Below, piece after piece: positions 49,741 to 58,809 of a stretch of 64,000 bases of DNA. Source of the DNA: an uncultured Acidobacteriota bacterium. Its GTDB lineage: Bacteria; Acidobacteriota; Vicinamibacteria; Vicinamibacterales; CAVPJW01. The position numbers and the translations under genes are program-made. Position 1 is the first letter of the stretch, and every line of letters begins with the position of its first letter. The stretch covers positions 19,796 through 83,795 of the forward strand of contig CAVPJW010000005.1 of NCBI GenBank assembly GCA_963705525.1, written 5' to 3'. A model generated the notes under the pieces. That model saw only the letters and a list, made by a program, of their open reading frames with translations. It was not told the DNA's origin and searched no databases.

Positions 49741-51122
49741 TCGTCCACGATCCAGCCACGCTCGACACCGTCGGGGAATGCGCGGACATCGGCCCGGAGG
49801 GCGCCGGCGCATTCGTCGATGCGGCACACTCGGCCTTTCTCGACTGGTCGCGCACGACGCCGGATCGTCGGGCGACATTGCTCGACGAGCTGGCCACGCT
49901 CGTCGAGTGTGATGCCAGAGAAATGGTGACGCTCATCGTGCGCGAAAGCGGCAAGCCACGCCGTGAAGCAGCGCGTGAGGTTGCTTCGGCCGTTGCCTTC
50001 CTGCGCTGGAACGCAGAAGAAGGGCGCCGCGCGTACGGGCACTGGATTCCTTCATCGTCGGCCGAGACCCGGATGTGGACCATCCGCCAACCCGTCGGCG
50101 TCGTCGCGGCCATTACACCGTGGAATTACCCGCTCAACACGCTCTGCCGCAAGGTGGGCCCGGCCCTCGCCGCGGGATGCACCGTCATCGCGAAGCCTGC
50201 ACCCGAGACGCCGTTGAGCGCGGTGCGACTGGCAGGTCTGTCGCGCGATGCTGGCTTTCCTCAGGGCGTCCTGCAGGTCGTCACGACGTCCCGCGCGGCC
50301 GAAGTCGTCGAAGTCTGGATGCAGGATCCGCGTGTGCGGAAGATTGCGTTCACCGGTTCCACGGAAGTCGGGCGGAGCCTTCTGCGGGGCGCGGCAGACA
50401 CGATGAAACGTGTGTCGCTGGAGCTGGGCGGCAACGCTCCCGTTCTGGTATTCGCCGATGCCGATCTGGATCGTGCCGCCGACGCCATTGTGGCGTCGAG
50501 GTACCGGCATGCCGGACAGACGTGTATCTGCGCGCAACGGATCTATGTCGAGGCCGGCGTCAAACAGGCGCTCGTGGAAGCGCTCACCGCTCGAATCGGG
50601 CGCCTCAAGGTGGGAAATCCGATGAACGAAGAGACCGACGTCGGTCCACTCATCCACGACCGCGCGCTGGCTCGAGTCACCGAGCACATCGACGATGCGG
50701 TCAAGAAGGGGGCGCAGGTTCGGGCCGGCGGACAGAAGGTCCGGCTTTCTGATCGGGAACGCGGCTGCTTCTTCCAACCGACGCTGCTCGACGAGATCAC
50801 CCCCACTGCTCGAATCATGCGGGAGGAAACTTTCGGTCCTGTTCTGGCCGTTCAGTCCTTCGAGAACGAAACCGACGCGCTGGCGCGAGCGAATGCGACC
50901 GAATACGGGCTTGCGGCATATGTCTTCACGCGCGACCTCGGCCGGTCAATTCGTGCGGTGGAGGCGCTCGAGTTCGGCACGGTCGGCGTCAACAGCGTGG
51001 CGATCATCGCGCCGCAGCTGGCATTCGGCGGCTGGAAGTCGAGTGGAGTGGGACGCGAGAACGGCGCCGAGGGCCTGGCGGAGTATCTCGAGACCAAATC
51101 GGCGGTTGTTTCGATCGCCTAA
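49737..51122 (+). CDS. NAD(P)-dependent aldehyde dehydrogenase (semialdehyde dehydrogenase type)
   Basis: ITPWNYP, FTGSTEVG, ELGGNAP, AGQTCICAQR, EETFGPV. ATGA overlap. Confidence 0.9.
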   Translation: MIVHDPATLDTVGECADIGPEGAGAFVDAAHSAFLDWSRTTPDRRATLLDELATLVECDAREMVTLIVRESGKPRREAAREVASAVAFLRWNAEEGRRAYGHWIPSSSAETRMWTIRQPVGVVAAITPWNYPLNTLCRKVGPALAAGCTVIAKPAPETPLSAVRLAGLSRDAGFPQGVLQVVTTSRAAEVVEVWMQDPRVRKIAFTGSTEVGRSLLRGAADTMKRVSLELGGNAPVLVFADADLDRAADAIVASRYRHAGQTCICAQRIYVEAGVKQALVEALTARIGRLKVGNPMNEETDVGPLIHDRALARVTEHIDDAVKKGAQVRAGGQKVRLSDRERGCFFQPTLLDEITPTARIMREETFGPVLAVQSFENETDALARANATEYGLAAYVFTRDLGRSIRAVEALEFGTVGVNSVAIIAPQLAFGGWKSSGVGRENGAEGLAEYLETKSAVVSIA

Positions 51123-51130
51123 AGATTCCA

Positions 51131-51171
51131 GGTCCTGAAGGACCTTGAGGACCAAGAGGACCTGAAGGACC
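51131..51171. repeat. Five exact-register 9-bp units, GGTCC then 4x GGACC (GGTCCTGAA GGACCTTGA GGACCAAGA GGACCTGAA GGACC)
   Basis: The pentamers start at 51131, 51140, 51149, 51158 and 51167. They fill the 51-bp spacer between convergent stops (51122 and 51174). The first two units form the hairpin AGGTCC-tgaa-GGACCT. Confidence 0.8.
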
Positions 51172-51173
51172 GG

Positions 51174-51938
51174 CTACCGCAAGCTCGCCACCGTCTCTGC
51201 GGCTTTCTCCAACAGAAAGATGTGCTCGCTGCCCGCGCTCACGAAGCGCATGCCCCGGTGCAGCCATTTCCGGGCCGTCGCCGCGGCCCGCATGTGAATG
51301 CCTGGTGCGACGCCATGCCGCTGGCACGCCGCAATCAGCCGATCCACGTGCGCGACCAGCGTGGGATTGTCGAACTCTCCTGGAATGCCGAGCGAGATGG
51401 ACAGATCGGCGGGGCCGATGAGCGCAACATCGACAAACGGCAATTGCAGCAGCTCGTCTGCATGATCGATGGCCCACTGATTCTCGAACTGCACGATCAC
51501 GAGCGTGTGCGCATTCCTGTGCGCGATCACCTCGGGCAGGCTCGCCTTTTCGTATTCGAGGTGGGGCCCGCCGAGTCCATAGCCGCGAATGCCGTCCGGA
51601 GGAAATCGCGTCCATGACAGCGCCTCGCGCAGTCGCGCGACATCGTTCGCGCGAGGGAGGATGATGCCCTGCGCGCCGGCGTCGAGCGCGCGTGCGACGA
51701 GGGAGTACGAGAACTCCCCGACGCGGACAATCGGCGTCGCGCCGGTGGCGCCAATGGCGCGCACGAGCCGTTCGATCGACTGCTGGTCAAAGGGGCCGTG
51801 CTCGGCATCGACCCAGACAAAGTCGAAGCCGGCCGCGGCAAGGAGGCGGCCGAGCTCCGGCGAATCGAGGTGCTGGATCTGCGTTCCAACCGCTGTACCG
51901 CCAGCCTTCAATAGTGATTTGGTCCTGTTTGGCCGCAC
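51174..51938 (-). CDS. HpcH/HpaI-family 2-keto-3-deoxy-acid aldolase
   Basis: FVWVDAEHGPFD, PIVRV, GIILPRAN, FPPDGIRGYG, VIVQFEN. Confidence 0.85.
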   Translation of the reverse strand: MRPNRTKSLLKAGGTAVGTQIQHLDSPELGRLLAAAGFDFVWVDAEHGPFDQQSIERLVRAIGATGATPIVRVGEFSYSLVARALDAGAQGIILPRANDVARLREALSWTRFPPDGIRGYGLGGPHLEYEKASLPEVIAHRNAHTLVIVQFENQWAIDHADELLQLPFVDVALIGPADLSISLGIPGEFDNPTLVAHVDRLIAACQRHGVAPGIHMRAAATARKWLHRGMRFVSAGSEHIFLLEKAAETVASLR

Positions 51939-52336
51939 GCCCTGTTCCCTTCCGGACCGCTAGAGCGCCTTGGTCCGCGCCAATGATACGCGGCCGGCGC
52001 CGGCTGGCGTCAAGGCGCACATCGTCCATCACGGGATTAGTCTGACAAAATCGCTGCGTATCGCCGACAAGTGGCTCGCCGCCGTGCGCGCCGTGCCAGC
52101 GGATCATGTTCAGGCGACGCCCTGACCAAGCCCTGGCGCAGCGCCTTGCGCGACCGGACCGCTGGGCAGGAATGCCGCGTCTCGGCCCGCTCGGTTCACC
52201 ATTCGCCTCACGGATTAGGGAGCTTCATCACATAGGCGGAACCGCGGCCCTTCTCATACGTTAACGTTGACAGCGGCACAACGTGTGACCTGCTGAACCC
52301 GGCGACGAGTATGTTTTCGAAGAAGGAGAGCTCCTG

Positions 52337-53641
52337 ATGAGATCGGCGATTGCGCTTCTGGCCTGGCTCGCGGCCGGTGCGGCCGGCGTCGCGGCCCAAT
52401 CGATGTTCCACGGCAACCTCGCGCACACGGGCGTCTACGAGCAGCCAGGCCCGCGGCAGTTCGGCAGCGTCAAGTGGACCTTCAAGACCGGGAGCGCCAT
52501 CGTCGCGTCGCCCACTATCGCCGACGGCGTCATCTATGTCGGGAGCACTGACGGGTTCATCTATGCCATCGATCAGGAGACCGGAAAGGAGAAGTGGAAG
52601 CACAAGACCCGGCAGCAGGTCACGTCGAGTGCCGCGATCGCCAACGGGCTGGTGTACTTCGAGTCGACCGACGGTGTGCTGTACGCGCTCGCGGCAGATA
52701 CGGGCAAGCTCAAGTGGGGGTTCATGACCGAGAACGAAAAGAGGTTCGAGGCCAAGGGCACCCACGGATACCCGCCAACCGACCAGACGATTCCCGACGC
52801 GTGGGATCTCTTCACGTCATCACCGGCCGTTGCCGGCGGGAAGGTGTATTTCGGAAGCGGCGACGGCAACGTGTACGCGATCGACGCCGACACCGGTGTC
52901 GTGCAGTGGCGATTCGCCACGAAGGACGTCGTGCACGCATCGCCCGCGGTTGCGAACGGCGTGGTGTACATCGGCAGTTGGGACAGCAACCTCTACGCAC
53001 TCGACGCCGACACGGGCGCGGAGAAATGGCGTTTCAAGGCAGGCGAAGATCCCATGTATCACAACCAGGTGGGATTCCAGTCGTCGCCGGCGGTGGTGGA
53101 CGATACGGTCTACGTTGGCTGTCGCGACGGACACGTGTATGCGCTCGACGCCGCGACCGGACGGAAGAAGTGGGATTTCTCGACCAGCAAGTCCTGGGTC
53201 CTCGGCACGCCTGCGGTGGCAAACGGAACGGTCTACGTCGGCACCTCCGACTCGTTCCGTTTCCACGCGCTCGACGCGAAGAACGGTCGTCCGCGATTTA
53301 CGGTGGATGCGAAGGGCTGGGTGTATTCGTCCGCGGCGCTCGCCGGCGATCTCGCATACGTGGGTTGCACGAACGGCAAGCTCTACGCGATCGATATCAA
53401 GACGGGCACAATCGCGTGGGAATACCAGACCGAGAGTGCCCGCACGGACACGCTCAAGGTGTTGAAGCCTGATGGCGGAATCAATCGGGCCGCGTTCACT
53501 CCCGTGTTCAACAACTATCAGGACATGGACCTGGACATCTACCGGATGTTCTCGGTCGGAGCGATCTTCTCGTCACCAGTGGTTGATCGCGGAGTGGTGT
53601 ACTTCAGCAGCGCCGACGGAACGCTCTACGCGATTCAATAG
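52337..53641 (+). CDS. Secreted PQQ-like (BamB-like) beta-propeller repeat protein
   Basis: Signal peptide. Repeats of the form VYVGSTDGFIYAIDQETGKEKW, VYFGSGDGNVYAIDADTGVVQW, VYVGCRDGHVYALDAATGRKKW. Confidence 0.8.
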   Translation: MRSAIALLAWLAAGAAGVAAQSMFHGNLAHTGVYEQPGPRQFGSVKWTFKTGSAIVASPTIADGVIYVGSTDGFIYAIDQETGKEKWKHKTRQQVTSSAAIANGLVYFESTDGVLYALAADTGKLKWGFMTENEKRFEAKGTHGYPPTDQTIPDAWDLFTSSPAVAGGKVYFGSGDGNVYAIDADTGVVQWRFATKDVVHASPAVANGVVYIGSWDSNLYALDADTGAEKWRFKAGEDPMYHNQVGFQSSPAVVDDTVYVGCRDGHVYALDAATGRKKWDFSTSKSWVLGTPAVANGTVYVGTSDSFRFHALDAKNGRPRFTVDAKGWVYSSAALAGDLAYVGCTNGKLYAIDIKTGTIAWEYQTESARTDTLKVLKPDGGINRAAFTPVFNNYQDMDLDIYRMFSVGAIFSSPVVDRGVVYFSSADGTLYAIQ

Positions 53642-53643
53642 AC

Positions 53644-53734
53644 AGGTCCTATGGGTCCTCAAGGTCCTTGAAATGCTGCAGGAGCCTGGAACGTGACCAC
53701 CAGGACCTGAAGGACCCCGAGGACCTAAAGCACC
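53644..53734. repeat. Second 9-bp-periodic GGTCC/GGACC element: 3x GGTCC (53645, 53654, 53663), ~35-nt centre, 3x GGACC (53703, 53712, 53721) forming ~24-nt imperfect inverted arms
   Basis: AGGTCCTATGGGTCCTCAAGGTCC compared with the reverse complement of GGACCTGAAGGACCCCGAGGACCT gives 20/24 matches. Lies between convergent stops (53641 and 53748). Confidence 0.75.
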
Positions 53735-53747
53735 ACTCGTGTTCCTG

Positions 53748-54818
53748 TTAGTAATTGATCGAAGGATTGTCGCCCGGATAGATGATACCGACGACGTCCA
53801 TGCCATCCGGGTGAGTGCACTGCAGCGAGTGGAGCTGCTTGCTGGGGAAGAAGATCACGTCTCCCGCTTCGACATCCGCCTTTCTCGTCTCGGTCCACAT
53901 GCAGCCCGTGCCGGACAGAATGATCAGCGCCTCTTCGTAGAGGTGCCGGTGCGGTTCGGCCTTCGACTGCGGAATGAATCCGATGAACTGCGCCGCCGTG
54001 GTGGCGCCGAGTGACTTGTCCACCAGCATCTGAAAGAAGCGGACAGCCATCCGCTTGCGCTCTTCCTGATTGACGACGGCGACTCGCTCGGGCCAGCCTG
54101 TATCGAAATTATCCGGCATGCGCGAGGGCCATTCGGGCTCGTCGGCAGCCGGACACGGCGAGACGAACACCTTGAGCGGCGTTCCATTCTGCGAGGCAAG
54201 GCTGAAGGCTTCGTTGGGGCGAACATACACACCGGTCGCGGGACCAACCGGGAACGTACGCCCGGAGATAGTCACCGTTCCCGATCCGTCGGCCACGAGC
54301 AGAATGACGTGGCGATCACCAAATCCCATCACAGGCGACGGACCGGTCGACACCTCGCAGTAGAACTGCGATTGATACCGGGCGCCCTGTGCCGGCGAGA
54401 TGACCGCGCAGTAGCGGAGCCCGTCGCGCTCGCGGAGCGCTGCCCGCCCCATCGCGAACACGTAACAGCCTCCGTCGAGCATCGCGCGCGCATCATCACC
54501 CGCGGAAATTGTGGGGATCATCCGGTTCTGCGGGCTGTTGGGATCATCTTCGCGGTACGCACCAGGCAGGTTGTTGTGCGCTCCGTCGCAGAAGGGCCGC
54601 TCACAGGTTCGCTTACAGCCGCAGAACAGCACCTCCTCCCCCGCTGCCCGGGCGGTGTACGGCACGGGCCTGAACGTGCTGCCGCGATGTGAGCCGTCGC
54701 AGAACGGCTGGTTCTGACTCCGACCGCACGCGCACCACAGGTACGTGCGGCCCTGTTCGAGCTCACAGAAGTACGGCTTCAGTCTCGGACTGAGTGGTTC
54801 CCCTCCGTCAACGGCCAT
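53748..54818 (-). CDS. Tandem CDGSH [2Fe-2S] domains fused to a bicupin
   Basis: CACGRSQNQPFCDGSH and CGCKRTCERPFCDGAH, then two cupin barrels (...HRHLYEEALIILSGTG...GDVIFFPSKQLHSL). Confidence 0.75.
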   Translation of the reverse strand: MAVDGGEPLSPRLKPYFCELEQGRTYLWCACGRSQNQPFCDGSHRGSTFRPVPYTARAAGEEVLFCGCKRTCERPFCDGAHNNLPGAYREDDPNSPQNRMIPTISAGDDARAMLDGGCYVFAMGRAALRERDGLRYCAVISPAQGARYQSQFYCEVSTGPSPVMGFGDRHVILLVADGSGTVTISGRTFPVGPATGVYVRPNEAFSLASQNGTPLKVFVSPCPAADEPEWPSRMPDNFDTGWPERVAVVNQEERKRMAVRFFQMLVDKSLGATTAAQFIGFIPQSKAEPHRHLYEEALIILSGTGCMWTETRKADVEAGDVIFFPSKQLHSLQCTHPDGMDVVGIIYPGDNPSINY

Positions 54819-55068
54819 CGGCTCCCCTGATTCTCCCCCTGCCTGTCGATTCGATGCGCGAGGTTGCGCAATGGTGGCACGGCCTCGGCGTCACGGGCAA
54901 GTCCTGACGATCGCGCGATCGGGCCGCCAGATTTCTACCGTAGAATGAAGCGTTCCCGGAGATTCGACACGCGATGGTGAAGGGCGAGTTGACCGCGAAT
55001 GAAGCGAAGCCGACCAACCGGCTGCCGGGTCGCATGCCGCCGCCTCTCCGGAACGGCAGCTAGGTCGC

Positions 55069-57348
55069 TTGGCCCCTTGTCGAATAGCGTGCCTGCTGGG
55101 CATCCTGGCCATCGGTATTCCGACCGGTGCGTCGGCTCGCACGCCCCACGAGAAGCCGTCCGCCGGTCCAGCGATCGACGTCAATCGCATCGACCCTGCG
55201 ACGTTCAACGCAATCGCCACGCGAATCCCGGAAGGCCAGACCATCAGGATCGACGGCCACTTCGACGAAGACGTCTGGAAGACGGTGCGGCCGATGGCCG
55301 ACTTCATCCAGCGTGAACCCGACTTCGGCGCACCGTCCACCGAGCGGACCGAAGTCCGCATCCTCTACGACAACCGCACCCTCTTCTTCGGATTCTCGGC
55401 GTACGACAGCGACCCGGCGGGCATCCGCGCCACCGAGCTGAAGCGCGACTCCGGACTGAGCAAGGGCGACCAGATCAAGATCGTCATCGACGCCTTTCAC
55501 GATCACCGGAACGCGCTTGCGTTCAACACCAATCCGCTCGGTGCACTGAAGGACGCCAATACCGTGGACGATGGGCGCATCGTGAACTACGACTGGAACG
55601 CGGTATGGCGCTGCAAGACCAGCCGCGACGAGCATGGCTGGTACGCGGAGATGGCGATTCCTCTCAGCCAGCTGCGGTTCAAGAACCAGATTGGCGAGAG
55701 CATCTGGGGCCTCAACCTGTGCCGGACGATCATCCGGAAGCACGAAGAGACCTACTGGGTTCCGTATCCGCGTGAATGGGGACCCCAGGGGTTCACGCGG
55801 ATGTCGCATGCCGGGCAGCTCACGGGCCTCACCGACGTGACGGTGCCGCGCAGGCTCGAATTCCTGCCGTTCGCCGCTCCCACCGTCGCGAAAGACTACG
55901 AGGCGAAGACGGCGGCTGACGTGAAACAGAAGTACGGCTTCGACCTCCGCGTCGGCGTGACATCGCAAATCACCGCCGACATCACCTACAAGACCGACTT
56001 CGCCCAGGTCGAGGCCGACCAGGAGATCGTGAACCTGTCGCGGTTCAGCATCTTCTTCCCGGAAAAGCGCCAGTTCTTTACTGAGAGCGCCGGCATCTTC
56101 GACTACGGTCGAAGCGGCAGTGAGACCACGTATCTCGGCGGCGACAGCGGAGGCGACACGACGCCGGGCCTCCTCTCCATTTTCTACAGCCGGCGCATCG
56201 GCCTGCAGGACGCGAGAGAGGTGCCGATCATCGCCGGCGGAAAGGTCACCGGACGTGCGGGGCCGTACACGCTCGGCGTGATGAACATCGAGACCGACTC
56301 GGTCGATCAGCCCGGGTTGATGGTGCCGAAGGCGAACTACGCGGTGGTGCGCGTCAAACGGAACGTCCTGGCCAAGAGCTCCGTCGGCGCGATCGTGCTC
56401 AATCGCGAGGGCGGATCGAGCGACTTCAACCGGTCCGCCGGCATCGATACCGCGCTCTCGTTCGGTCAGCACACGAACATCACGGGGCTTCTGGCCCGCA
56501 CGTTCTCGCCGGAACCCATCGGCAACGATTGGGCGGGCGCCGTGGACTACGCGTGGCAGAGCGATCGCTTCACGTACGACGCCACATATCTCGACATCGG
56601 CGAGCGCTTCAACGCCGAGATGGGCTTCATCCCGCGCACCGATATCCGCAACACGAAGGTTTCGGCCGCGTGGACTCCACGACCCGGTTGGCCCGGTGTG
56701 CGTCAGCTGACCTTCGGCGGCAAGGTGGATTACTACGAACGGCACACGGGCCAGACGTCGTCTCGCACGCAGGAACTGAATTTCTCGCTCGAACAGCAGA
56801 ACAGCGCATTCTTCAAGGCGAGCATCGATCGCGATTACGACTTCCTGCCGGTTCCCTTCACCATCGGGCCGGCCACGCTCCCCGTCGGCGGATACAACTG
56901 GGATACGTTTCGCGCGAGCTACAGCATGGACTCGAGCAAGAGGATCTACGGGACGGGCGCGATCGAGCTCGGAGGGTACTACAGCGGCGACAAACAAACC
57001 TACAAGTTCAATCTCAATTTCCTGCCGGCCCGGGCCCTCCTGATCGAACCGAATTACACGCGCAACCACGTCACGCTTCCGGGCTCGCCATCGTTCGTGA
57101 CCAATGTCTTCAACACGCGCGTCAGCTATTCGTTTTCGCCGCAGCTGTTCCTGAAAGGCTTCGTCCAGTACAACGACGATCGCCGGCTGACGACCTTCAA
57201 TTTTCTCTTCTGGTACATCTACAAGCCTGGTTCTGACCTCTACATCGTGTACGACACAGGATGGGACACCGACGCGAATGGACTGGGCCTGAATCGCGTG
57301 CGTGCGCGAGCCCTGGCGGTCAAAGTCACGTACTGGTTGGGGAGATAA
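55069..57348 (+). CDS. CBM9-like / DUF5916-family outer-membrane or secreted protein
   Basis: Signal peptide. IDGHFDEDVWKTVRPMADFIQREPDFGAPSTERTEVRILYDNRTLFFGFSAYD. Long beta-rich C-terminus. Confidence 0.7.
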   Translation: MAPCRIACLLGILAIGIPTGASARTPHEKPSAGPAIDVNRIDPATFNAIATRIPEGQTIRIDGHFDEDVWKTVRPMADFIQREPDFGAPSTERTEVRILYDNRTLFFGFSAYDSDPAGIRATELKRDSGLSKGDQIKIVIDAFHDHRNALAFNTNPLGALKDANTVDDGRIVNYDWNAVWRCKTSRDEHGWYAEMAIPLSQLRFKNQIGESIWGLNLCRTIIRKHEETYWVPYPREWGPQGFTRMSHAGQLTGLTDVTVPRRLEFLPFAAPTVAKDYEAKTAADVKQKYGFDLRVGVTSQITADITYKTDFAQVEADQEIVNLSRFSIFFPEKRQFFTESAGIFDYGRSGSETTYLGGDSGGDTTPGLLSIFYSRRIGLQDAREVPIIAGGKVTGRAGPYTLGVMNIETDSVDQPGLMVPKANYAVVRVKRNVLAKSSVGAIVLNREGGSSDFNRSAGIDTALSFGQHTNITGLLARTFSPEPIGNDWAGAVDYAWQSDRFTYDATYLDIGERFNAEMGFIPRTDIRNTKVSAAWTPRPGWPGVRQLTFGGKVDYYERHTGQTSSRTQELNFSLEQQNSAFFKASIDRDYDFLPVPFTIGPATLPVGGYNWDTFRASYSMDSSKRIYGTGAIELGGYYSGDKQTYKFNLNFLPARALLIEPNYTRNHVTLPGSPSFVTNVFNTRVSYSFSPQLFLKGFVQYNDDRRLTTFNFLFWYIYKPGSDLYIVYDTGWDTDANGLGLNRVRARALAVKVTYWLGR

Positions 57349-57354
57349 GCGCGG

Positions 57355-58740
57355 CTACCGCAGCCGGATCTTCTGAAACGACGAGCCCGCGGCCGCGCCA
57401 CCTGCTGATGGTTGCTCGGTCAGGACGTACAGCGTGTCGCCGGACAACGTTGCCGCGGTGGGATCGGGCATGGCGAGATTCTCATCGAAGAGCTCCAGCG
57501 ACTGCGCGCGTCCTCCGGATGCGGCCAGCCGCACGCGGACGGCGCGTCTCCGTCCATCCTGAGTCTGGATCCCGACGATCGTGTTCTGGTCCGCCCGGAG
57601 CCGTTCGAATCCGGTGAGCGGCACGTCCTTCGGCCCGCCGACCGGAGTGGCCTTGCCCGTCGCCAGATCGACCCGCGCGATCCCCTTGGCATGCGCCACA
57701 TACACCATGCTGTCGTTGATGGGTCCGATGGTGACGGGCGTCTCGAGGCGGAGCGTCGCCGCCACTTCGAACGTGCGCTGACCGGCGCCCACACGAAAAA
57801 TTCGCTTACCGATTGAATCGAGAACAAACACGGTACCGCGCTCGGTGATGGCAACATCACTGAATCGCGCCGGCAGGAATTGATCGGGCAATGACAGACG
57901 CTGGAGCGGCCGGCCTGATACGAGCTGCAGCTTATGAAGCGAAGAGGCGCGTCCGGCGTCGCCTCCGGCATCCGATCCGTCGGCGCTGACAACCCACAGA
58001 TCCCCGCGCCGTGGATCGATCTCGAACGCCATGATTTCGTAGAAGCCCGCAGACGATGAATCCACCAGATTGAGCACGTGCTGCGATCGCTGGTCAACGA
58101 CCAGCAACTTTCGCGCGCCGCGCTCGCCCACCACGAAGCGGCTCGACACGTCGTCGTATGCCAGGCCCGTCGAGTTGAGAAGTCGGCCCGGAAGGTTGAG
58201 CACACTCTCGGGCCTGGTGGACGAGCGTTTATCGGAAACGGAGGGAACAACCGCCGGGGTGGCCCCGTCGCTCGACGACGGGGGGACCTTCGCGGCGGGA
58301 GCCGTGGCAGCGACCGACCGCGAGGTGGCAGGCATCGTGAGGCCCGCGGCCGGGCGTGCAAGCGCCCCGGCGATCAGCGCTTCGACGTCCGGCCAGCCCG
58401 GTAAACTTCTCACGCCCTGGAACTCGTCGTTCGAAACCGCGTCGCTGGCCACTCCCATTTCGGCCACCCGCCGCAACATCACCAGGGCATCGTCCAGCCG
58501 TCCACTCAGACTTTGCGCGCGTGCGAGCAAGTACATCAGATTCGGATCGCGCCGGGGACCCGTCTGGACTGCTCGCCAGGCGAGATCGTGAAAGCGCTCG
58601 TAGTCGCGCCGCTCGAACGCCTCGAGCGCCATCTGGCGACACTCATGCCACTCTTTGCAATCGGCAGGAGGCTGGGCCTCTCTGTGCGGCGACGAGCTTC
58701 CGATCAGGAGAACGAAGGAAATGACCTGAAATGCGCCCAT
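57355..58740 (-). CDS. Hypothetical secreted protein (TPR-like N-terminus, Pro/Ser/Ala linker, beta-propeller-like C-terminus)
   Basis: Uninterrupted 461-aa ORF with a signal-like N-terminus. No confident family assignment. Confidence 0.5.
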   Translation of the reverse strand: MGAFQVISFVLLIGSSSPHREAQPPADCKEWHECRQMALEAFERRDYERFHDLAWRAVQTGPRRDPNLMYLLARAQSLSGRLDDALVMLRRVAEMGVASDAVSNDEFQGVRSLPGWPDVEALIAGALARPAAGLTMPATSRSVAATAPAAKVPPSSSDGATPAVVPSVSDKRSSTRPESVLNLPGRLLNSTGLAYDDVSSRFVVGERGARKLLVVDQRSQHVLNLVDSSSAGFYEIMAFEIDPRRGDLWVVSADGSDAGGDAGRASSLHKLQLVSGRPLQRLSLPDQFLPARFSDVAITERGTVFVLDSIGKRIFRVGAGQRTFEVAATLRLETPVTIGPINDSMVYVAHAKGIARVDLATGKATPVGGPKDVPLTGFERLRADQNTIVGIQTQDGRRRAVRVRLAASGGRAQSLELFDENLAMPDPTAATLSGDTLYVLTEQPSAGGAAAGSSFQKIRLR

Positions 58741-58809
58741 GGGACCGAAGACATCTGCATTATCACCCGGCTGCCGAGTCGAAGATCGTGTGAACCGCGC
58801 GATCGCGAG

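Noticed and set aside
51004-51615. Collagen-like GP.GP.GP peptide in minus-strand ORFs (also 53573-53806)
   Set aside because: The Gly-Pro periodicity is simply the 9-bp GGACC repeat read in frame. The ORFs otherwise overlap real genes out of frame.
55060-57069. 669-aa minus-strand ORF
   Set aside because: Antisense to the CBM9/DUF5916 gene, with the same high-GC artefact composition.
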